Source of the DNA: Spirochaetia bacterium
GTDB lineage: Bacteria > Spirochaetota > Spirochaetia > DSM-27196 > Salinispiraceae
Length of the DNA stretch: 17,402 nt
Direction: 5' to 3'
Assembly (NCBI GenBank): GCA_038204425.1
Contig: JBBRCZ010000023.1
Coordinates: forward strand, 1 to 17,402
The translations under genes were made by a program, and so were the position numbers. The notes under the pieces were generated by a model, which worked only from the letters and a program-made list of their open reading frames with translations, made no database searches and had not been told where the DNA came from. Positions 7,533-14,047 of this stretch are shown here, piece by piece (within the stretch, counting starts at the first letter, position 1; each line of letters starts with the position of its first letter).

Positions 7533-8417
7533 CTATTTTTGTACCAGCTGGGTTTCTACAAGCTCAGTTTTTCCAGCTCTCACAAGGCTTAGTGTTGCTT
7601 TGCCATCGGGATGGCCTGCCAATACTTGCATTAGATCGCCATAGTGCCCCATCTCATGACTGTCAATTTTTTGGATAACGTCGCCTACGATAAGTCCTGC
7701 CGTGTCAGCTGGGCTGCCAGGGTCGATCTCTGTCACCAAAAGTCCGCGTGGGTTTGGTACGGGCACCGAATTGATACCTAAATAGAAGGACTTAAAGCTT
7801 TTGCCTTCCTCAATCGCCTTTATGCTCTTTTCTATGTCAGCAATTGGCACTGTCATGCCGCTTCCTCGTGGCATGGCCATGGTGTTCATGCCAAGCACCG
7901 TGCCAGCTGCAGAAACTAAGGGTCCGCCTGAGAATCCTTCTGGCAAGTTGCCATCGACCTCAAGGTAATACGACAAGTGACCACCCTCAGGTGTTTGCCA
8001 GCTTTCGTCAGACAAGGCCGCCACCAAACCTAAGGCCGCACGGCCTACTTTGCCAGGGCGGCCAAGTGGCACTACAATCTCACCGGTTTGTGGTCTGTGG
8101 CTGGCGGCAGCAAAGTGCTTAGGGTCAGCTGCGGCAAGTCCTTCTACTTTAAAAACAGCAAGGTCAATCTTGGCGTCTACACCCAAGAGACGAGCCTTAT
8201 GTTCTTTGCCATCCGAGTCGCGTATCTCAAGCTCGGTGTCCGTGCCAAAGCGGGCGGGGTGCTTGCCCAAGGCGATGCGTGCCGAGGTGATCACAAGACC
8301 CTCTTTGTGCCAACGAATCCCACTTAGGGAATTTAGTCCCTTGACGTGCACGACATTTTTTTGATGATCACTAACTATCTGCGCCAAATCCTTGGATAGG
8401 TTTGCTATGTTTGACAT
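7533..8417 (-). CDS. HtrA/DegP-like (S1C) trypsin-fold serine protease with one C-terminal PDZ domain; catalytic His position is Arg
   Basis: GFSGGPL (Ser), IDLAVFKV (Asp), VITSARIA at the TNAHVV position, and PDZ motifs YLGI...GSPADTAGLIVGDVI. RBS AGGAG lies upstream of the ATG. No signal peptide. Confidence 0.9.
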   Translation of the reverse strand: MSNIANLSKDLAQIVSDHQKNVVHVKGLNSLSGIRWHKEGLVITSARIALGKHPARFGTDTELEIRDSDGKEHKARLLGVDAKIDLAVFKVEGLAAADPKHFAAASHRPQTGEIVVPLGRPGKVGRAALGLVAALSDESWQTPEGGHLSYYLEVDGNLPEGFSGGPLVSAAGTVLGMNTMAMPRGSGMTVPIADIEKSIKAIEEGKSFKSFYLGINSVPVPNPRGLLVTEIDPGSPADTAGLIVGDVIQKIDSHEMGHYGDLMQVLAGHPDGKATLSLVRAGKTELVETQLVQK

Positions 8418-8469
8418 GGTTACTTACTCCTGTGTGATTAAGATAGGCTTTTTGAGGCAGATCGATTAG

Positions 8470-8485
8470 CTGTCATTTGTGACAG
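8470..8485. promoter_or_regulatory. Palindromic operator, candidate binding site of the adjacent LuxR-type regulator
   Basis: CTGTCA-TTTG-TGACAG is a perfect 6-4-6 inverted repeat centred about 44 bp upstream of the inferred start of the protease transcript (-10 TATCTT at 8445-8440, minus strand). Confidence 0.5.
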
Positions 8486-8502
8486 GGTGCCAAACGATAG
8501 GC

Positions 8503-8865
8503 CTAGTGGAATGTTTTACCTACACCAGATCGCATGACTGCTTCGGTTCTATTGTGGGCGCCAAGTTTGCGCATAGCTTTGTCCAAGTGAAAACGTACCG
8601 TTCTGATGCTTATGCCCAAGTCGGCAGCTATTGCTTTGTCGGTAAGACCGTGCGCTGCGCAGTCCAAAACCTCGGTTTCGCGTGGGCTGAGACCGGCTTC
8701 TATGCTGACCGTCAAGGCCGTAGCAGATAACTGCTCATCGTCCAGTATTTGGTAGCCTGCATCGCTTAGAGTCCGAGCCAGACTAAGCCGTTGCTCGTAG
8801 CTGCCGCCAACAACTTTTACCAAAAGAGCATCAGATTCAACAGAGAGTTTTGCTTGCTTACGCAC
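8503..8865 (-). CDS. LuxR/NarL-family HTH transcriptional regulator with short, degenerate N-terminal domain
   Basis: LSPRETEVLDCAAHGLTDKAIAADLGISIRTVRFHLDKAMRKLGAHNRTEAV is a canonical GerE/LuxR HTH. The N-terminal ~55 aa lack an intact receiver motif set. GTG start. Confidence 0.9.
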   Translation of the reverse strand: MRKQAKLSVESDALLVKVVGGSYEQRLSLARTLSDAGYQILDDEQLSATALTVSIEAGLSPRETEVLDCAAHGLTDKAIAADLGISIRTVRFHLDKAMRKLGAHNRTEAVMRSGVGKTFH

Positions 8866-8948
8866 CGCTCAAAGGTAGCAAAAAATCACCTTTGGGGCGA
8901 GCACATTTTGCTTATAGGTTAGCTGCGCTGCGACAAGGTCTCAATCTA

Positions 8949-10679
8949 CTAGGGCCAACTTACTCGGTTTCCCAGATTTGGAGCTCTGGTTCCACTGTTG
9001 CTTGGGTCATACTCAGTAACGGTAGTGGACGCGTTTGCCGCTTCATTGAGGTAGTTGTCGGCCGTATTTCCTGAAGGAAGATTGAGGTTTACATCAACGA
9101 TGCTCGGTTCCGCTTTGAGCATGTCATAGCCTACTGAATCTATGGCTACGCCATCTTGCGACACCAGCAAACTTGATGGCCACCAGTTTTGACCATCTTT
9201 TTTAAACTCAACCCGTTGCCACTTTGAATTGAAAATAACGTCACCGTTCTGAACCTTTTTTGAATACAAGGCATCTACCAGATAGAGAATAGTTTTGCCA
9301 CCCAACTGAGGGTGGGCCATTAGGTCTACCAGCGCGTTATAGTCGCCAGCCGCTCGTTTTGGATAATCGGCATATCCTGGCACATTATATGCTCGTGCCG
9401 CCACGGTCGGGTGTATGCCGGCAATATCTGGTGCCCAAGATTTTGTACCAGCCATTATTGAGCCAAACCAGTTTTTGGCAGTTACCGTAAATCCCGCCAA
9501 GTCATGCCCCTTAAGGCTAGAAAAATTGATCAAATACGTAGCTTGGGTGGCCACGGTTGGAAGATAGGCAGTAGCTTCACCCCTACCTTCACCATCGTTT
9601 TTACTCGGGTCATTCTCAATGGTACCCGACCAATAGATTGGTGCTGCCAGGTCTTTTGCTGCTGCCGACCGCCCAGTACTGGCAGAAAAAGCAACAAATT
9701 TTATGGCGGTGAGCTGGGGATCGTCTTTTATCTTGTCGTAGATGATGTTAGGAATAAAGCGCGTGGCGTCATAGAAGGTTATTTTGTCAGCTGGAACGTG
9801 AGCTTGGGTGACCAATTGTTTGGCCAATGCATAGACCATAGCAGGGCTTACAAACAGACCCTGACCAGAATAAGCATTGCTATCAACCCCATTCATGTTG
9901 AGCTTTATTGCTATGGATTCGCCTGCCGTATAGCCATTTTGAGGCAAACTTTTTTTGGCTTGGTAGTTCTTAAATATCGTGTCCCAAGCGTCTTCGTCAG
10001 TGGCTTTTGCTGTCATGGTCTGTAGCGAGCTGCTAAACATCAAATTAACGTCAGCATGGTTGACAAAGTTGTCACTCCACCAAACCCCCGAGCCATCCCA
10101 ACGCGCAGCCTTTGGATTGTGAGCCCAAGTGACCGTACTGTCGTTGGAGCCATAATTAGTTACATCCAGAGAGCTTGGGTCAGCCGCAGTTTGCGCAATG
10201 TAGTTACCCATGTCAGCTTGGCCATCTTCTTGACTCGGGCTAGTGACTGCGTCTACGGTGCTTGTGGTAGATGATCCCGCAATTGTAGTGTTTGTTCCCC
10301 ATGGGGTTGTATTTGTAACGCGATAATCGATGAGGCAAGAGGTGGAGATCATGGTGCCAAGTGTCAGTGCCACAACGGCAATCTGCATTGAACTTAGCCA
10401 TTGTTGCTTAACATAAGCGAGTATGTTTCTACTGACCACAAGTATGCCAGCTCCTGCACCAATTGAGGCAACAAAGCTGATAGCAAGCGGCGCCGCAATT
10501 TGCTGGCAAGGATAGGCGGCCCGGCTTGGCTTTGGAATAACGCGCACCAAAAACCAAATCAGCGCCAAAAGCCCAATAATTGGAAAAAACAACCGGTACC
10601 ATACGGACTTCTGATTTATGCCAACAATCTTGCCTCGCTTGGGGCATCTCTTAAAAAATCGGTAGTCAATAGCAGCCAT
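8949..10679 (-). CDS. DUF362-domain membrane-anchored protein, probably C-terminally truncated
   Basis: N-terminal LLALIWFLVRVIPKPSRAAYPCQ motif plus hydrophobic helices. Core motifs GESIAIKLNMN, ITFYDATR, YLINFSSLKGH..G.T..AKNWFGS, YNALVDLMAH..LGGKT.LYLVDAL and PSSLLVSQDGVAIDSVGYD. RBS GAGG lies upstream of the ATG. Confidence 0.7.
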   Translation of the reverse strand: MAAIDYRFFKRCPKRGKIVGINQKSVWYRLFFPIIGLLALIWFLVRVIPKPSRAAYPCQQIAAPLAISFVASIGAGAGILVVSRNILAYVKQQWLSSMQIAVVALTLGTMISTSCLIDYRVTNTTPWGTNTTIAGSSTTSTVDAVTSPSQEDGQADMGNYIAQTAADPSSLDVTNYGSNDSTVTWAHNPKAARWDGSGVWWSDNFVNHADVNLMFSSSLQTMTAKATDEDAWDTIFKNYQAKKSLPQNGYTAGESIAIKLNMNGVDSNAYSGQGLFVSPAMVYALAKQLVTQAHVPADKITFYDATRFIPNIIYDKIKDDPQLTAIKFVAFSASTGRSAAAKDLAAPIYWSGTIENDPSKNDGEGRGEATAYLPTVATQATYLINFSSLKGHDLAGFTVTAKNWFGSIMAGTKSWAPDIAGIHPTVAARAYNVPGYADYPKRAAGDYNALVDLMAHPQLGGKTILYLVDALYSKKVQNGDVIFNSKWQRVEFKKDGQNWWPSSLLVSQDGVAIDSVGYDMLKAEPSIVDVNLNLPSGNTADNYLNEAANASTTVTEYDPSNSGTRAPNLGNRVSWP

Positions 10680-10699
10680 TTTTACCTCGCTTACTATAT

Positions 10700-10728
10700 A
10701 GATTAAACCCGTTCTTAAGAGATGACAA
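10700..10728 (-). promoter_or_regulatory. Putative sigma70 promoter of the DUF362 gene
   Basis: Minus strand TTGTCA (10728-10723), 17-bp spacer, TAATCT (10705-10700), about 20 nt upstream of the ATG. Confidence 0.5.
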
Positions 10729-10781
10729 GGGCCAAGCAGATTGGTTTTACAAGTCAGCTAAAACAGCTAGACGTGCTGCTA

Positions 10782-11462
10782 TCAGAGCTTTTGACACGAT
10801 TTTTCACTAACGAGTTTGCCAGATTTCAGCTCAATTACGGTGTCACAGAGACGGGCAATTTCCTGACGAGAATGCGTCACCATTAAAGCTGTGATGCGCG
10901 TGCTACGTTGGACCGACAAGATTAGCTCACCAAGGTCTGCTCGCAGTTCTTCATCAAGGGCACTCAATGGTTCATCCAAAAGCAACAGCTCTGGCTCGCG
11001 GGCCAAGGCTCGCGCCAGCGCAACGCGTTGCTTTTGCCCACCAGATAGCTCGCGAGGTAAATGACTCGCATGATCCGCAAGCCCAACTCTATCGAGCCAT
11101 TCCATAGCCTTGGGCCGGTCAGAATTGGCGTAAAGCACGTTTCCTAAGGCACTGAGGTGGGGAAACAAAGCGTAGTCTTGAAACACCATCCCAATCGAAC
11201 GTTGCTGCGGCGGCAGATTGATAGTCAAGTGGCTATCAAACCAAGTGAAGCCATCCAGCCTAATAAAGCCCACATCAGGCTTTTCCAGTCCAGCCAAACA
11301 GCGAATCAAAGTGGACTTACCACTGCCCGATGGCCCCAAAATGCCAACAAACTGGCCCTTGGCGAGGGCAAATTTTACCTCCAACCTAAAGCTCGGCTTC
11401 TCGAGACGCTCCTTGCTTTTGCCGGGGCGTTTCAAAGTTTTTTCTAGCTCAAATTGAATCAT
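10782..11462 (-). CDS. modC: Molybdate ABC transporter ATP-binding subunit (short form, no TOBE domain)
   Basis: Walker A GPSGSGKST, LPPQQRSIGMVFQDYALFPHL, signature LSGGQKQRV, Walker B LLLDEP and H-loop VTH. Has an ATGA overlap with modB. Confidence 0.85.
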   Translation of the reverse strand: MIQFELEKTLKRPGKSKERLEKPSFRLEVKFALAKGQFVGILGPSGSGKSTLIRCLAGLEKPDVGFIRLDGFTWFDSHLTINLPPQQRSIGMVFQDYALFPHLSALGNVLYANSDRPKAMEWLDRVGLADHASHLPRELSGGQKQRVALARALAREPELLLLDEPLSALDEELRADLGELILSVQRSTRITALMVTHSRQEIARLCDTVIELKSGKLVSEKSCQKL

Positions 11463-12148
11463 ACACTGTCTCTGCGTGCGTCTCTCAGCCTTTGTGTGCG
11501 CTGGATTCTATTGAGAAGAAAGACTCCAACGTAGCTTGTGAGCAGCAAGATGCCTGCATAGACGTGGGCGCTTGCAAAATCTTGGGCCTCGACGCGTTCG
11601 AAAATGGCGATAGAAACTACTTTGCTTATTCCAGGTAGACTGCCACCTATCATCAAGACTACCCCAAACTCACCAAGGGTATGGGCAAAGGTGGTAATCA
11701 CGCCAGCCAGAATAGCAGGTCTCATGTTGGGCAAGACCACGTGCCAGATAGTTTCTAAGCGACCTTTGCCAAGTGTCCACGAAGCCTCAAGTACATGCTC
11801 GGGTATGGCCATTATACCGTTGCGCAAGGCAGTGATCATAAACGGCATGCCGGCTATGCACGAAGCAAGCACAAGGCCAGGAAAGGTAAAAACCAGCCGC
11901 AAACCAAAGGTATTGTCCAAAAATTGTCCAAGAGGCGACAGTGGCGAAAAAAATAACAATAAGTAAAAACCCAAAACGGTGGGGGGCAAGACAAGGCTGA
12001 GTGAAAACAGACTTTCTACCCAAGGCACCCAGGCCTTCGTGGAACGAGCAAAGATCCACGCAAAGGGGAACATGCATACGGCGAGTATGACAGTGACCCA
12101 CAAGCCGAGTTGCAACGAAACAGCAAAAGGAAGTAGATCGATAGTCAT
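11459..12148 (-). CDS. modB: Molybdate ABC transporter permease
   Basis: LVLPPTVLGFYLL, EAA loop (EASWTLGKGRLETIWHVVLP) and FAHTLGEFGVVLMIGG; multiple TM helices. Confidence 0.93.
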   Translation of the reverse strand: MTIDLLPFAVSLQLGLWVTVILAVCMFPFAWIFARSTKAWVPWVESLFSLSLVLPPTVLGFYLLLFFSPLSPLGQFLDNTFGLRLVFTFPGLVLASCIAGMPFMITALRNGIMAIPEHVLEASWTLGKGRLETIWHVVLPNMRPAILAGVITTFAHTLGEFGVVLMIGGSLPGISKVVSIAIFERVEAQDFASAHVYAGILLLTSYVGVFLLNRIQRTQRLRDARRDSV

Positions 12149-12169
12149 TGCCTATCCCCACTGCTATAA

Positions 12170-12988
12170 TTAAGGTAGTGCATAACCAGCTTGCAAGAAG
12201 ATTGCCTTGCCCTCCCGGCTGGAAAGAAAGCCCGCAAATGCCATTGTTGTTTGATTGCTAGCCGCAGACTTAAGCACCACATAAGCTTGAACAAGTGGAC
12301 TATACAAGCTGTCGTCTACTTGGTACCAGTTGAGACCTTCTTTGTCGATAAAAGACGCCAAGTTCTTGCTGTAGAGGGCTGACTTGTTTATTAAACCGAT
12401 TCCCGTAGCACCGATTGTAAATTGAATAGCCTGGCTAATGGATTGAGCCGTTACTATCTTGGCTTTTACCAAATCCCAAAGTCCAAGTGAAACAAGGGCT
12501 TCTCGCCCGGCCTTGCCATAAGGAGCGATTTCTGGGCTGGCGAGCGCAAACTGCTTAATAGTTGGATCGCTCAAAACAGCCAGACCCTTTTTAAATTCCA
12601 AGGCCTTGAGAGAAAAGAGAATCAACATGCCACGCGCGTAAATCTGTGGCCTCGCAGCGGCAAGTCCTGCGTCAAAAATTCGTTTGGGAAATTCTAAATC
12701 GGCAGAGAGAAACAGCTGATACGGTGCACCATTTTGGATCTGAGCACTCAGAGCGCCCGAGGCACCATATACAAAGGTGACAGAAGCCTTGGCGTACTTC
12801 GCCTCAAAGGCTGACTTGAGCAAATCACCGACACTGGCAAGATTGGCGGCAGCCGCTACAATTATAGAGTCAGCAACTTTGTTGGAGTCAAAGCCATTGG
12901 TCGCACTAAAGTTGAGATTTTGGGCATATGTCTGCGAGCTTAGGGACAGGAGCAGGACAATACATGACCATCGGTGCTTGGTTGCCAA
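12170..12988 (-). CDS. modA: Molybdate ABC transporter periplasmic binding protein
   Basis: Signal-peptide-like N-terminus, then VAAAANL, GASGALSAQIQNGAPYQLFLSAD and ASPEIAPYGKAG. TTG start preceded by GGAGAG. Confidence 0.92.
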   Translation of the reverse strand: MATKHRWSCIVLLLSLSSQTYAQNLNFSATNGFDSNKVADSIIVAAAANLASVGDLLKSAFEAKYAKASVTFVYGASGALSAQIQNGAPYQLFLSADLEFPKRIFDAGLAAARPQIYARGMLILFSLKALEFKKGLAVLSDPTIKQFALASPEIAPYGKAGREALVSLGLWDLVKAKIVTAQSISQAIQFTIGATGIGLINKSALYSKNLASFIDKEGLNWYQVDDSLYSPLVQAYVVLKSAASNQTTMAFAGFLSSREGKAIFLQAGYALP

Positions 12989-13124
12989 TTGTTCTCTCCA
13001 ATGATCCTAACTCTTACAGTATTGTTAGGTTTTGTATAGTAAGATGGACTGGTCTGACGACCAAATTACTTGACATGTTTGCTGAGCACCTCACAAGTAC
13101 AGTCCACAAGCTAGGCAGCTTTAC

Positions 13125-13280
13125 CTAGCGGGCAACTAATGTACCACTAACCTCAACAACCGAACCGTCCCAGACCTTGACCCAGTCTAAGTTGGCCACA
13201 GCGCTAGTTGCCACCTGCGGACACGATACAAAAAGCGATCCCAAAAGACACAGGCCTGCCTCAAACCAAAGTTTCTCCAC
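13125..13280 (-). pseudogene. Possible small lipoprotein or lipoprotein-gene remnant (51 aa)
   Basis: GTG-started frame (M)EKLWFEAGLCLLGSLFVSCPQVATSAVANLDWVKVWDGSVVEVSGTLVAR* with a hydrophobic stretch ending in LFVS-C. No obvious RBS. Confidence 0.3.
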
Positions 13281-13371
13281 AATGTCAGTATGAGGTCATG
13301 ACATGACCATCGACAGCAAGGCCTTAGTCAGTTTTTTTTGCAGAAAATCTTGCAATCTGGCTTGAACGGAA

Positions 13372-13426
13372 TTGACAATCGCTCTTTGTTAATTCATATT
13401 AACTTTAATAAGTTAATGCGGATTAA
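13372..13426 (+). promoter_or_regulatory. feo operon promoter with overlapping palindromic operator array
   Basis: TTGACA (13372-13377), 17-bp spacer, CATATT (13395-13400). Palindromes GTTAAT-TCAT-ATTAAC (13388-13403), ATTAACTT-TAAT-AAGTTAAT (13398-13417) and TTAAT-GCGG-ATTAA (13413-13426). Confidence 0.65.
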
Positions 13427-13463
13427 GATTACATGGTGAGTCAAGTTTACGGAGGGCAACGGT

Positions 13464-13739
13464 ATGCAAGACTTTCAGAACCAAGGAAGCGTAGTGGCTG
13501 GCTGTAGAGAATCGTTTCCTTTGGCTTTGGTCAGCGCTGGTGAGGATGTTTGTATTTTTCGCATTGGCGGTGGCAAGACCGTGCAAGATACCTGCGCACA
13601 ACAAGGTCTTTTACTGGGGCACGCGATCAAGCTGATGCAAAAAAATGCAGGTGGCGCCTGTGTGGTCGAAGTCATGGGCAGTCGAATCATGCTTGGCGCA
13701 GACATAAGCCGCAGAATTGTTGTTCAACGTTTAGCCTAA
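13464..13739 (+). CDS. feoA: Ferrous iron transport protein FeoA (copy 1)
   Basis: FPLALVSAGEDVCIFRIGGG...QGLLLGHAIKL...VVEVMGSRIMLGADISRRIVV fits the SH3-like FeoA pattern. GGAGG RBS. First gene of the feo cluster. Confidence 0.85.
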   Translation: MQDFQNQGSVVAGCRESFPLALVSAGEDVCIFRIGGGKTVQDTCAQQGLLLGHAIKLMQKNAGGACVVEVMGSRIMLGADISRRIVVQRLA

Positions 13740-13753
13740 AAAGGTGGATAGCT

Positions 13754-14047
13754 ATGAAGATCAAATTGTACCAGTTAAAGATAGATGAGAGCGCAGTAAT
13801 TAGCGCCTTTGAAAAAGGGCAACAGCCGTATCGTCAAAAACTGCTTTCTATGGGGTTGACGCGGGGAACAAGCATTACCCTCAATAAACTTGCTCCCTTT
13901 GGGGATCCGGTTGAGATCAGTGTACGCGGTTTTCATCTAAGTTTGCGCAAACACGAGGCAGATATTCTCATCTTAGAGCGGGAAGACGTGGAAAAAGCAG
14001 GCTCGGCAGACACGGCAGACACGGCAGATAAGGAGCAGGACCTATGA
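13754..14047 (+). CDS. feoA: Ferrous iron transport protein FeoA (copy 2)
   Basis: YRQKLLSMGLTRGTSITLNKLAPFGDPVEISVRGFHLSLRKHEADIL. Real start is ATG 13754 after AAGGTGG. ATGA overlap with feoB. Confidence 0.95.
   Translation: MKIKLYQLKIDESAVISAFEKGQQPYRQKLLSMGLTRGTSITLNKLAPFGDPVEISVRGFHLSLRKHEADILILEREDVEKAGSADTADTADKEQDL
14004..14030 (+). repeat. 9-bp tandem repeat x3 in the feoA2 tail (encodes ADT-ADT-ADK)
   Basis: CGGCAGACA CGGCAGACA CGGCAGATA. Confidence 0.85.

Noticed and set aside
12989..13120. Moco riboswitch or ModE box upstream of modA
   Set aside because: Neither the Moco-RNA conserved elements nor a CGTTATATA-like ModE palindrome is recognisable. Only a weak CCTAAC/GTTAGG hairpin and a weak TTGGTC-17-TACTAT promoter candidate (13064-13036) are present.
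12962..13312. 12-bp direct repeat ACATGACCATCG (12962-12973 and 13301-13312)
   Set aside because: One copy lies inside the modA coding sequence and no element lies between them; compatible with chance.
13550..13753. Long N-terminal extension of FeoA2 (165-aa ORF)
   Set aside because: It overlaps feoA1 out of frame; the RBS and family similarity start at ATG 13754.
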